A stretch of DNA of 64,000 nt from Catajapyx aquilonaris. Its lineage: Eukaryota. Of the stretch, positions 49,140-62,600 are shown in pieces; position 1 is the first letter of the stretch, and every line of letters starts with the position of its first letter. The stretch is from assembly GCA_000934665.2 (NCBI GenBank), contig KZ538479.1:1-64000 (forward strand), in the 5' to 3' direction. The notes below the pieces were generated by a model. The model searched no databases, was not told the DNA's origin, and saw nothing but the letters and a program-made list of their open reading frames with translations. The translations under genes and the position numbers were made by a program.

Positions 49140-50060
49140 CTTCAATTTCCAGCTCAGATCGAGTTTTTCCTCATCCAGGGTCGGGTAGTTCATACTTTGA
49201 TGTATTTTTGGAACACTCGGTACTATTGAAAGTGGAGTCGACTTGTGGTGTCCTGCAATGACCCGTAAAGTCCATCCCTGGTCCGTTTAAAGTCTGGGAA
49301 TGTCCGCCTGGCCCACTATATACCGCTGGAGCAGAATTGGATCCGAGGATGGGCTCGTTGTTTGTCAGAATAAAAGGGTCCAGGGGAAGACGGATGCTGG
49401 GGGGGAGGAGGGGGAAGGGAGTCAATCTCCTTTTGAAGAGATTAGCGCCTTTTTCCTTGGCGGGCTCATTGGGGCATCCCAGATGGAGGACCCCGCCTGG
49501 AGATAAGAGGATTTGCCTGTTTGTTCCCCCCGACTCCTCTCTCTGTATCACCACTTGGAACTACACAGCCCTGCCCCTATATACGGATTACAGCCTAAAG
49601 TGGAACCATACTGACTTGATCATACCAGTGGAACATGCACAGTTTTTAGTCGCAGGTACGCGACTTCTTTCGGCCTAATCTTGGCAAGGTGCGAGGGCTC
49701 AGCAGCAGGAGGTAGGGCTTAGCATCTCCCTTTCCATGAGGTAATGAAGGCGCCGATTTCATCACCTCGCCCTCTCGGCATTTACGTCCATTCGGAGCAT
49801 TCAAATGGAGACACGTTCGGACTGATTAATCCCAGGAACTAAGGCTCCCAATGCTGCCTAAAGTTTTGGCTAAGTGCGCTAAGTGGAGACATTAGGAGTC
49901 CAGGGAAAATGCGCTGAAAAATGGAACTATAGGGGGATTCGTCGGGATGACATAATGGGTGTTGGCAAAGTCTGGAGGGTAAGCCTGGGAAGGGCACAAG
50001 TAAAGTAGTAAGAGTAGCTTAGCTAAGTGAGACAAACGGAGGTATAGTCGTATGACGGGA

Positions 50061-50149
50061 TCCTGTTACGCACACAAAAAATCCCTACTCAGTTGACTAC
50101 CTTGGGTAGTCAACTGACAATGGAACTTTTCGTGTGTAGCCTAACAGGA
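50061..50149. repeat. Small foldback element
   Basis: Core hairpin TCAGTTGACTACC-TTG-GGTAGTCAACTGA (50089-50117) within imperfect arms TCCTGTTA.. / ..TAACAGGA. Confidence 0.6.
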
Positions 50150-52666
50150 CGGACAAGGTGGAAAAATGTCTGGACTCGACATGTTCACCTTGGATTAAAG
50201 TTACTAAAATGATATTTTGGATGTTAAATAAAAACATTTACGCATGCACCCTGTATCCGCGCCAGTGGAGTTACCCCGATCTGCGTTATTAAAACCACCA
50301 TTGGTCCATGGCATTGCCAGGAAGATAATGAGAACGTACGTAATAAAGTCGTCTCGTTAATTTCGTCCCCTTTTCAAAAGAGGGAGCATTTTCTTCGCTC
50401 CAATTCAGGCAATATGAGAATCCCAGCACTCTGGACATAAATTGCATTCTGGTGGAGGTGGGGACGAGAAGGGATAGGAGGGGTTAGGGGAAAGAAGGAG
50501 GAGGTATGGGGGGGAGACCTTGTTCCTTGATTCTGTGAAGTATGAGAGCTCTTTAGATAGTAGAATTTTTGCTTAGTGTACAAGATGTTGAACATAGAAA
50601 TATTAGTTCTGAATGAACACCACCGGTTATTCATCTTTTGCATGCAGCAATATATTAATATTACTTATGTTGCAGGTTACATCAAGGGAACATACAAGCA
50701 TATTAATTATTACCTATCATCAATAGAATCTCTATGGTACAATTTGTAGAATGATAATATTGTAAAAGTATGCAACATTTGCCTGACAACTCAGCTTGTT
50801 GCCAATTTTGTCGGTTTTTCTCATAGGCCTATAAGTCATATCCATTGCTAATTATTCTGCTTCGCTTTTACAAATTCACAGCTTTGGACCAAAAACCGTA
50901 GTGCCAGTTGCAGTACTTATCCACATAGGACATTTCAACTCGAAACGGCAATCATCGACCTCTCAATGCATTCATGAAAAGAGTGCAAATCTCAGCACAG
51001 TCGCAATGTTCCCTTTAGTGGTCTTCCCCAGGATCATTTATAAGTGACAATCATCATAAACCTGCTTTACCGCCACCCGTAACTGAAATCGTAGAACAAA
51101 GGCAAATCCATTAGGTACTCTCATATCGCCCATAAGGAGCCAAATCACGTTGTAAAACAGCCGGAAATATGAGTCTCCCCGGACTTACGCATGAACGCAC
51201 TGTTTAATTTTGACCAAGGCTGTACACACGCACTCCACGCCACAGCATGATACCATTCCCGGAACACAATTAAGTTATGGGTTAACTTCGTTTAGACGTC
51301 ACTCTCCCTAATGCTAACTTAACTCAATTTGATGGCGACTCTGCAGAAGGGTAGGGGGGTTTGGAAAAAAATAGGGTGGTAGGGGGGAACAAATCCCAAA
51401 TTGGTAGCAGTTGTTTGCTCTTGATGGAGGAAATCCCAGGAAGGACCTAAATGAATATGATTAATTCCCACCTGTCTGCTCCGTGGGGAGGGTGACGTGA
51501 TTTTGAATGGTGTTGAGGGGGGATCCTCTCTGCTGCAGATGACGCGACTCACCATGCCATCTTCGAAGGCTCCGTTTTAGCTCCAAAAAGGCTGCCTATT
51601 TGGTGAAAATCAAGATTATGATTTTCCAGAATATTGAATATGGATTCTCGTGATCAACAAATGTAATATCTGGCAAATTTTTTTTGAAATTTCACGCTAC
51701 GAATTTGACCATTATAAAAACAGTTCAACCATGATGGTGATTATGCATTTTAATAATGATCAGAAATATTAGTTATTTCTAACCTTTGTATGATTTTGAT
51801 CAACTACAATATTTCACTTGAATTGCACGCCACGGAGTGCTTTTCATTTGCTTCACTACTTCAACATAGGGTTGCATCCCTGCGTACAACTTCGCTTCAG
51901 GATATCTCAGTCACATTTGATTTGCGAGATACAGAAATCCAGTCAACTGAATGGAGTAGGGGTGTAGGAGAGGACATCAGGGAGTAGGAAATTGAGGAAA
52001 TGAAATATACAGAGGGAGGCGGGGGTAGTTCCACCCTCCCCCTCCAGCTCCATAGCTTGCTTTCCAGCGAAATTGGAGGAGTCGGAAGCAGCGTTTCCGT
52101 CCTGTTAGTACACTGACAAAGGGAAGCCATTGAATTGGAATGGAGGATATTGTGCGATCTATTACAACGCATTCACCAGAATATTGAGCTCACTTTGCTG
52201 AATTATTTGTGGAAAACAAGTCCCCCCCCCAACCTCCACTCCTCTTTCGGCTGAATACCAAGCAAATTCCTATTAACATACGCAAATAACCATTAGGCCT
52301 ACTACCTACTTGACCATCCCCGGCTAAAACACAAACACGGAAAATGTTTCAAAGTCATTGACAGTTTGGTGTCAACGGATTTGTTCAGCAGTTTTCTTTC
52401 GGGTATCGCTAACCGTGTTCAAGAGTCATTATTAACGCTAGCAATTCTGTGCCAAGCAGACGCCCTTTTTCATGTGCGTAGGATGCACAACTACTGTATT
52501 AGGTGCCGTATGATGTCTGCATTGTATGTGTTTTGGAGAAAGGGGCTGTTATAATGTCGAAGGAAAATGTTTATGCTTGCTACTCCCTCAAGAATGCACC
52601 ATACATCTACACTAGAAGGAAATTATAATCAAGCAATTGTTAATTACATAACCTGCAGGATATTAA

Positions 52667-52995
52667 TTTTTTTTTGCATTACCTCATATCTACACATATA
52701 TGGGGGGTGGATTACCACCATCGGGATTATTTTTTGGAGCGAGTCAAGATTTAATCTTGTTAGTATGCTCCAAGGTAATTAGGAGGGGATGTGCAAAGTG
52801 CGTGTGCGCGGGCGAGTAGTGGTCATTTTGTGAACTCCCCCGCGTGGCTTAGTCTATCGGAAATTGCCACCCGAAACGAAGCCAGAGATGGCCCAACTCT
52901 GCACGAAAGAAGGTGGGAACCCCGGGTGGGGATTGAACCCGGGACCTTAACTTCCGTGGGCGCGCGCGTTACCGCGGCGCCACTCCGTCTCCCAA
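52667..52995 (-). mobile_element. tRNA-derived SINE
   Basis: Minus-strand A/B boxes (GGGATTGAACCCGGGACC on +), A-rich tail, 11-bp TSD CAGGATATTAA. Confidence 0.85.
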
Positions 52996-54449
52996 CAGGA
53001 TATTAAATTAGATAGGAAAACAAAAAAATTAAAATACCGACTATTTGCTAACTTGCACCAAATGTGTACCAAAAGTTTTAGGCCAAGCCAAAGTACATAA
53101 GTACTTAAAGTTTTACAGACCTGAATTCTTCATATTTAAAAACTGGCTCAATCTGGCCCATGCCGTTGGCTAAATACAAGCGGTGTTTGGAGTGACATTC
53201 TTGGATTGACCTTTAATTTCAAGCTAATCAACGATTTAGCCCCCTACTCGTTGGAGAAACACAGTCCATCGCTTGAAGCAGCGCTAAACTACAGGCAGAT
53301 CATAACTGACAGTTAAAAGGGTTGGTGGAATCTGGCATTAACGGATTGTATCCTTCCAGGTTGAAAAGGTGGAATAGATCCCTGGTAAAAATCGATAATC
53401 GGCAAGGTCAATTCAAATTCTGTCCCATCGGACTGAAGGGGAGGAAGGGAGGAGAACCTACGTATATGCTAACAGGTTTCAAAAGATATTCAAACATCAG
53501 TGTAACTTGACACTGGTGCAGCATAGCGCGCGAAGTAGTTGAATATATTAACCATCCTACAAAACAATCTCAATGACCAATTCACCATGAGCAAGACCCC
53601 TCGACAAGGTTTAGGGAGTAAAAGGAACAAATTGTGTCCCAGCCCCCGTCTTTCCTCTGAAGTGAATAAACCTGTTCCATTTTTCTTGGCATTAAGGCTG
53701 TGACAGGGTCTGACGGAAGACTCTATTAGTCCCGCAGAGTAGAGAGGACTGAGGGAAGAGGATCCTTCCTTCCTTGGCTCCCAAATAAAGAGCCTCCGGG
53801 ACCGCTCCCAGGCAAATTGTAACAAATCCACTACGCCTAACCAGAACAGATTGTACCTTTTCATTTGTGTCTCTGACGAAAGAATGTCCACCCCACAGTC
53901 ATTTATATTGGCTTCTCAAAGTCAAGCTGCAACAATTAAGGAAAGGAAAAAGGCACTGGTACAATGCACGTGGGCGAACGACATTTAACCAACATTGACC
54001 TACAGTTGAAAACTTATGAACGAGTCGACTATCTGATTACAAACGAGTTACGAGTTTTCTGAACCTTCCCTAGCAACCATGGAGTTTTTTCTGTAGTCTC
54101 GTGTCATTGGGAATATTTAAGGCTTCTTCTTTCATTTGTGCAGGTATCGGGCAAAATGGGAGTGAAATCCCATTCGAGCGTGTGTGAGGTAATTCAATTA
54201 TTCCCAAAATACCACCTTTACGCTTTCGAGTTCGTGTACTCTAACTTTTGCCATTCATGCTCTCACTTGAAAGAAAAAAGTACGTAATAAGTAATCCAAA
54301 GCAATCACGACAGGCAGGAAATTTTCAGGTAACTTTGAGCAACATGCGTCACGAGAAAGAAGTTGATTACAAGTGGTGTTTGACAATAAGATGTCTAAAA
54401 AGTGTTTTCTCCCATACGGCATATTAATAAAATACCCACAAGACATTAT

Positions 54450-54563
54450 GGGTTGAATTTTCGTCCCACTACTACTTGTAGGTACTGCAAACGTAGCAGT
54501 GCCACTGCCAACACTGGTACTCCTAAGTTAGAAGTAACTAGCAGTGGGACAAAAATTCCACCC
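54450..54563. mobile_element. Foldback MITE (GGGTGGAATTTT-type termini)
   Basis: GGGTTGAATTTTCGTCCCACT / AGTGGGACAAAAATTCCACCC; TAT on both flanks. Confidence 0.75.
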
Positions 54564-54772
54564 TATAACTTTAACTACCACTTGGCAGACACTATGTCAA
54601 CCGAAGCATTTTTTTTCGAGAATAAATTGCTGCAGTCTTCAAAAACGATCAGGACCATGGTCACCTATTTTGCCATATCCAAAAGTTTCTGTCAGAGAAC
54701 CTAGTGACCTATAGACGAAAGAATATGTTTCCCGGAGAGAGTGCTCGAGAAAGGCGTACCAAGTTTGTTTGT

Positions 54773-55014
54773 AATACCCCGTGATAGGGAGGGAAGGGGA
54801 GGTTCCAAAGGGAGGGCTCTCTTAAGCAGTCATTTCTGACTCTCTTAAATACCAGATCTTTTCTCTTGGCCCTGGGTGGTGAATGGAGTGCAAGTCTGCC
54901 CGGACAAGTCGGGTGAAAAGCGGAAAAAGACCCGACCAAACGAAGGTGATGGGGACGGGATTTGAACCCCGGACTTACCGCCAGTATCTTAGCCACTAAA
55001 CCACCATTCCCCCC
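54773..55014 (-). mobile_element. tRNA-derived SINE
   Basis: Minus strand GGGGGAATGGTGGTTTAGTGGCTAAG...GGTTCAAATCCC head; tail CCTATCACGGGGTATT shared with other SINEs. Confidence 0.75.
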
Positions 55015-55052
55015 TCACTTACTGAAAATTATAATCTATTAAACTGGTCAGT

Positions 55053-55409
55053 GGGGAGGTGTGGTGGCCGAGATGGTAACGTCTCGGCTTGCTGAGTGAA
55101 AGGTCCCAGGTTCGATCCCCGCCTGGAAAACTTTCCTTTCACCTGCGTCAGGAGGGTCTCTGACCTGCACCAAGGAGGTGTCTGGCAACCTAACCTCCTG
55201 GGGGACAGCACATGACCCATGTTGTAGACATTGCACTTGCACCCCATGTTCCCTCCCCAAAAATCCCCATCCTTACCCCATGTCCTTTCATCCTTGCACC
55301 GGAGTTAGAATTTAAAAAATCAGAAAATTGAAGGAAAAATGGTGGTATTCCACTCTCCTATAAGGGTCTCTGGCCTTATCATGGGGTAACGTAAAAAAAT
55401 AAATAATAA
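55053..55409 (+). mobile_element. tRNA-derived SINE
   Basis: GTGGCCGAGATGGTAA A box, GGTTCGATCCC B box, tail GGCCTTATCATGGGGTAA plus A-rich run; 13-bp TSD TAAACTGG(T/C)CAGT. Confidence 0.88.
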
Positions 55410-56343
55410 TAAACTGGCCAGTTCTTCAAATTCCTTGCAATGCTGACTTGTCACGTTGACACTCTAATCATTAGTTTTTTAAGCCAGATATTTAACCTCG
55501 TATAGTTCAAATATCTGACAGCGACAGAAAGTAACATTGTATCTCTGAATATGTTATTCCTCGGAAACTAATAGAACCATTCACTTCACCGCATCTTTAT
55601 CAACATCAGCAGGCGCAATCCATCACCTGGTTTCAGACTAGGATCGCTTTTAACCCTGGCAAGTCCATTCAAGGCCAGGCGGCCGATAGCCTGTTGGCCC
55701 ATCTCAGCGCTAGCTAAAAGAGTGTATCTCATCCTCTTTCTTCTTCCCCCTCCCCCACTATATAAAGACTAAGCTGATTAGAAGGCGGCGGGAGAATCTA
55801 AGTGGCTGCGACACGCGGACAATTTGCACATTCGATTTGGTGACATGATGTGATCCGCCTTGACTTTCCACTTCCCCTCTGCCCTTTTAACTTATATCTC
55901 TCTCGGATTACTGGGGGAATTGCCAGAAAGGGGAGGGAGAGAGGGGGGGGGGGGCAGAAAAAAGTTCTGAAACTTGACTCAAACCACGCACAGAAGCCAA
56001 ACCATCAAGAGCTAGTGGCCATTTCTAAGAGTGGATATTGAAAATCAAAGTCCATTCCGAAAGTTCGGATTTCAGGCCAATTTGATCCCATGTCATTTCG
56101 GCGGTATAAAATTGTCCTCAGTCCTGCTAATGTAAAATTCATGATGGCTGTATGTAGGACAGTTTTTTATTTTATTTTACAACGAGAGCTGCTGAAACAA
56201 TCCTCTTCCCAAACTGAAATTGTTCCAAGGTCATCTTATCCTAACCTTGGAGGCAACCCATGCGCCTCTCTTGACACACGGGTTACATTGCTTCCAGGGG
56301 CAAGACAGTGGGTGGAACCATGGCCACCTAGAGGTGGAACATG

Positions 56344-56622
56344 GGGTGAAATTTTCGTTCCACACTGCACTACACTGCTAGTTACTGCTGACTTAGAGCC
56401 GGTTTCATCAAGCCCTGTTTTGAATAAAACCCGGATTCTTTCGGAAAATCCCTGCAAATAGAATAGGGATTTTCCGAAACAACCGGGGTTTTATGAAAAC
56501 CGGGCGTGGTGAAACCAGGATTGGCCATGGCACTGCTAAGGGCCGCGGCCCTTAGCAGTGCCATGGCCAATCCTGGTACTGATAAGTTAGCAGTAACTAG
56601 CAGCGGAACGAAATTTCGACAC
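56344..56622. mobile_element. Foldback MITE (54450 family) with a nested Tourist-like MITE (56396-56551) and a 64-bp perfect palindrome (56514-56577)
   Basis: Host ends GAAATTTTCGTTCC..CTGCTAGTTACTGCT / AGCAGTAACTAGCAGCGGAACGAAATTTC; nested TTA|GAGCCGGTTTCATC...CGGCCC|TTA. Confidence 0.85.
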
Positions 56623-59600
56623 GATGTATTTATTTACAGCTTTTGTATCTCCCAGACATTGTTTCTGACAATGTGTACCGATTGGTATTGGTGTAAAGTG
56701 TCGTAAGCCGCAGCACCATCATGAGCGCCAGCAAACGAAGGGCCGCTAATCCTCATGATATTGCTGTGATTTATAAGCCATGAAGCCCACCATCGCGTAG
56801 CAATTTCCTTGCCCTAATCCATCGCCCCGGAGGGAAAGTGAAGGAACTAGAAGGGGAGTTTCGTGGGGAGAAAAACATTTCCTTCTAAGCCCACCCTCTT
56901 GTTATGTTGTCACTACTTGGCTTCTCCTTTTGCCGAAACCTTTTTGTGGCTTCGTTTTTTTCCCTAGACCCACACCCTTTTGTTTTTGTCATACACACCA
57001 ACCAATAGTTTTTGCAACACATTGTTCCCTTATTAAATTATAGCCTACCCTGTAAAATTAACAGGCGCCCTACTTTTCTCAGAGACACTTTCACAAAATT
57101 GGTCCTGCATTCCCAGTAACCCACTTGTACCCCCGAGACACCACTGTTTCTACTTTACCCTCCCCACCCCCTCTTTGGTCCATGTTTACTTCTTTCCCAC
57201 CATTTCTCCCCCTCCATCCCCTATTCCCCCCAAAGGGCCGACTGTCTGGCGACAGCTTCTGGCGCCACGTCGGGAGCCAAATTGATGGTTTCTCAAGAAG
57301 ATGGGGTCACTGAGCCACTGTTACAATTCGGATAGTAGTAGAAGCAGGGGGAGGGAGGGAGAGAGAGGAAGATGCTGGATGACAAGAGAGATTTCGTACC
57401 ATGCACCTCCCCCACCTCCAACCCACCCTCATAGCATTCATTCGATTTTTTTAGACATTTGGATGGCGCCACATTGCCTGTTTTAAGGAAGGAGGGCGCC
57501 AGAAGAGACGGGGATTTCAGGTTCCATTTCGAATGAGAAGATTGTATAAAAGTCAGTATTAATATTTACCATAATATCAGTCAAAAGAGAACATTTTTCA
57601 ACACAGCGCTCGAACATTCTAAGGTTTACTGTACTTTGGGGAAGGGGACACAATAATTTGTATATGTCGTGATTAGCATGCAGCACCTTCTCCTGAAGGG
57701 CTGCATGACGCGGTTGGTTTCCATGTTCTTTGTGCGACTTGATTATGGCGTATCCCACATTTCAGCTCGACTGGCTGGTTGGTTGCAGCCGAACAATGCG
57801 AATTAGAATGGCGGTGAAAAGCTTGTTTTGGGGATCAGGTTTCTGCACGAACGCCGAGGCATACATTTCACTGGCTATTCCCACGGGGACTCTCAGAGAA
57901 GTGTAATACAATGTTGCTCTACCCATTCACAACGAACGTTGGCACGGTGGTACATTGTCACACGTGGAGTGTTAGTCACTATTTTTAATAACTCGACAAT
58001 TTTGGTCGTATCTACAGTAGAATTATTACAGTGGGTTACTGTACTTCATTTGCCTAGTATGGATTTTTATGCCACTGAAGTATCAAAATAATGAGCCTGA
58101 CATGGACACGTCACTATGGAGCCTAGTTGTGTCATAAAGCCGTACAATGGAGCAATGATAATTTTAGCTAGTTTAATAATTCTTCTGTAGATCTTAACAG
58201 TTTAATTTAAATACTGGACCTGCCGTACTTTAATAACAACTAAAGTTCGCATAATCCTACAGGGACGGCACGAACCACCACACACATTATATCTTGACAA
58301 TCTAATATCAAAAGCCAATACGCTTTATATGCGGTATTTCTCGCAAAAGTAACTTCTACAAGTACTAACAATCAGCTTTGGGTCAAAAAATAGCATCCAA
58401 CCAATACAGACACTTCAATTGTAACATGCTGTGTATAGCAGGTGATTTGGGATAAATTCCCTGGAATATTATATCTAGCAATTTTAGTTACAAACCCGTA
58501 TCAAAATGTGTGGTTTATTTTATTCTCTTTCTTCTCTGTAAACACTAACCACCTCCACGTACAAGCGAAGTCATTTTGTTTGCCACTCAAGATCAAACCC
58601 TATAATACACCACATGGTGCACCACATTCTATGCGATTTGTTAAAGATTGATTTGGTGGACTCTTGCAGTATCAACATTTATAATACTGTACTGTTAAAC
58701 GATTTATAATGGTTCAACCTGATCTGAGTAAATTTTTAACTGAAAGTTTTAGGACGCTTTCCTTCTCCCTCACTCTCCTCGCTAAATAAAATCGTGAAGA
58801 ACTGCTCACGTTCAAGTCCAAAGAGGGATCAACCTCTGAAAAGCAGTTGCGGGAAATCCTCTTTTCCACGAGCCGAAAATAGTCCCCATTCTTTGAACCA
58901 TTTTTCTCTTCCCATCGCAACATTTTCAACCACCCTATATAGTCAGCATCGTGTTTACGTCTGTGAAAAAAAGGAGCGGATTTTAAATCCGCTTTCAAAA
59001 CGCCGCCTCTCCCCACCTCCTGCCTTACCCCAGGCCCCCTCAAACCCAACGAAATTATGTGGTCTCTGATGTCAAACGGGCAAATGCTCTTTGGGGAGAG
59101 GAAATTTTTGTTGCCGCAGGGAAGTAAACAAGGGAGACCCCCGGATTCTATATAGCCAATCACAGATATATCCCTGTCGGGGTCACCTCATATTCCGGGG
59201 GACTCTTCTCTTTCATCCCGGACCGACGCACTTCCCACGCTGATCCTACCGATTCTCAACAGCAGACAGTATATGCGTATGCAGGCTTTTTTATACGGAC
59301 GCCTATTCCAACTCCTCCCAAACCATGTTGGAGCTACGGTTTCCGACTGTGCTTGCCGGTGGGAGTGCATACATTTACATTTATATGCGGGGATGTTTTC
59401 ATCAAGGGATACGGTACATATTCCACTAGCTACTGCCAAGTTGTGAGGAAAGATGAAACCAGGTTTTAATTAGCCTTTTTTATTATTCAACATGCTAATT
59501 GACGGAGACTATGCAGATGGTGAACCTTAAGCATACAATGTGGTCACTTGAACTGCGTGGACCACCGTGCCAGAAGAATATCAGCATCACTTTCCCCCAC

Positions 59601-62600
59601 CCCAAAAATATACAATGAGTGACGTCACTCATTGTATCTCCCCTCATCCATTGTGCCAATCCGGAACTTCCTCAGAAAAGGAGTCTCTTTCTTCAGTCTC
59701 GGATCAGTGCAACACTCCAATATCGAAGGCTCGAATTCCCATCTAACCGATGACGTCTCAACTCCCCCTCCCTACCTTATACCCTACGGCGGCAATCCTC
59801 AATCCGGTTTTATTTGGCAACCAAGTTCCACCTCCCTCCCCTCCCTGGCTCTCCCCAAATAATTGATTTGGATTCAGGGGAATGCCGGCTGCGAAGGTGG
59901 CGAAGAATCGGGTCTTGGTAATGGCGCCGAGGGAGTCAGGCTTAAATGATTACATGGAAATTGCGGAACACTTAAGGCCAATGGGAAAGACTCTCTGATG
60001 ACCTCTCCCTTCTCGATTGAGCTTTGCAGGGAAGGGAAGGGAGGGAGAAAGAAAAGAGAGGGAGGGAGAGACGAGAGGAACTGCTGGGCACCGCTCTTCA
60101 GAGAATTTGCATGTTATCGATGACCCTGTCAGAAAATTTACACGCCATCAGATTGCAAATATATCGATTACAGGATTGCTGGGTTAAATTAACTCTGTCG
60201 GACCCCAACTGGTTACGTAGGTACTAGCCATGAATAGTAAGGGGGGGGGGTGACATTATTTAATTCCTCACGAGGAGTCTAGATTGGTACTGCAACCACA
60301 GTCATTTCTTGCGCTCTTAAAATTCATATACCGCACTAGTTTTTAAAATGTCACTGCCTTATTTTATTACAATGGTGGTTAATCTAATTACGTGGAAATT
60401 CTCACAGATCCCTTGTAAAACATTTTCAATAGTAAAAAATTACATAAATGTTGTCGAGTCCTTGCATACGATCTATGATTGTTGTGGTTGTAAGCAATGC
60501 TTAATCCAATGAAATTTGTACTCTACGTAGACCAAAAAAATTCACGTTACTGCAAAATACCACATTATAGACCACTACACTGTAATAATAGCCTAGCCCA
60601 GTTGTATTCCATCAGAAATAGTTACGATCAATGACCTTGTACAATCCACTGTAGACCAAATGTGCATTAATTGATCATATTGCACAGTATGCTCTGAGAG
60701 GCCCAATAACACAAACCCTTACCGATGCAAAACTTCAAACAGATGCACAATATTCACTAAGTCCCCCCCCCCCCATCTCAGACTGTAATAGCAATTGACA
60801 AGATGAGTGTTTCTAAATATTTGAATACATGATTCACTTACACACTCATTATTTTCGGAATATACTGTAATATTGGAGGCAAAAAAAAATCCAAGGCACT
60901 TCCAGATAAGTTCATTACAGGCATTATACAATGAAATAAACTTATTGTTAAAAATATCATATCACTTCATTAGAACCATACTGATATACAAATGCAATAA
61001 TTAACATGCTTTATGTTGCCCCAGAACCGCTTTGGTATTAATTGGTCCGAAATCTTGATACCGGAACCGGCCACATCCTGTCCCTATTAGCAGCATCCTA
61101 AACACATGATACGACTCTCAAGTAACTTTTGCTCGACCACATCTCACCCAAACTGCCCATAAAGCCACACCAGTTTCCTTTGCTAAAATACCCTCCTCCC
61201 TTTCCCTGACATCTTAGTAAATGCAGAAGTGGACCTCCATAGATCATCATTTGCCACCTCATCCCCTTCCTCCACCCCCTCCCCTTTCGAACAAGAGACA
61301 AACGAGAGTGAGAGAGAGAGAAGCTTTGGCGATGAGTCAGTCTCGTCGGGAAAGTGAAGTGGGAACGGCTGTCAAAGTCCGCCTCACTGCATTAGGGACC
61401 CCAGTCACAACCTAATAAAGATAATAGATGGAGGCTGAGAATTCACCCCAACTGCTGTATTGTGCCCTACCATGCAGGGAAGGGGGTGTCTCCAAGAGAG
61501 GGGGGCCTCCTTATCTTCAAATTGATCTTGGTAGCCTACACCTGCATGCTGGATAACTTATGGCTTAGAAGGAATTTAGTTAACCACCGAATGTGATCAA
61601 TTCGTGTTATAATATGAAAAAAAATCGTGGCGCCTAAGCACTTGCATTGTTACAAATTAATGCGTCTATAATTCAATATGTCACATTTTAGCACAGTCCT
61701 GCCCAAATCCTCCGAGTTAAAACCCGGTCCGGTTTCAAAAGTTGCCCCAGACTTCCGACTGCAGTTTCTCACAACGTTGCCACAAAGTCCAGAAGGTCCT
61801 TTGGCACTGAAATTTCATGAACTGCAAAGGCATCCGTCCTACAGTTTCAGTCAGAAATCACCAGTTGAATTCTCCAGCTACTAGTTAGTTAGCAAAAACC
61901 CAATCCGGAGTTACTGTTGGCGCTTGAGGCAGCCTCCGTCTCTTGCTTGTCTAATGGAAGTCCCTGCAAGTTCTATTGTCAAAGTTGGGGGGAAAATGGG
62001 GCAGCGGGGGTGCCTTTGCTTCGGCGACAGAGGGCGGATCACAATAGCTGGATGGAGCCCGTAACATCCTCTGGTCAAGTCATCAGTCCAGCTATATTGA
62101 TGGGGCACAAAATTCAAGATCCTCTTTTCTCCAAGTCGGTGTGTGTGCTAGCGTTGGGTTGTGTGTGTTATCTTCTCCTTTCGCCTGGCTCGCCATGGAT
62201 TTAATCATTTTAATGGATGGCGTCCATTGTGACTTAGGCGGGCAATTTTTTTAGCCTTTTGTGGCGTCAGGCAATCTCGTCTGGACCTCAGATTTCGGGG
62301 GGATCACACCGCGGTAAACTTGGGCTTAACTTGGGTCGCTTGTCGCGGTTGGTTGTTGTTCAGGGACGGAGGGGTGGGGGTGGGGTCTTAGCTTGATGAC
62401 AGCATCGATTTATGACGTGCCTGGGGATCCGGGATGAACTGTCGCACTACCCGTACATCCATCATGGGACTGGGGAAATTGTTGCAATCAATATCTGTTC
62501 AAATAGCGCATTACAAACAACGTATATTGCCTTATTAGCAAGAACTCTTGTCACGCAGATTACACACTTCCCTGCATGGTGATAAAATATTAAATATGTG

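Noticed and set aside
56382..56706. Identical peptide AMALLRAAALSSAMA on both strands
   Set aside because: Trivial consequence of the 64-bp palindrome.
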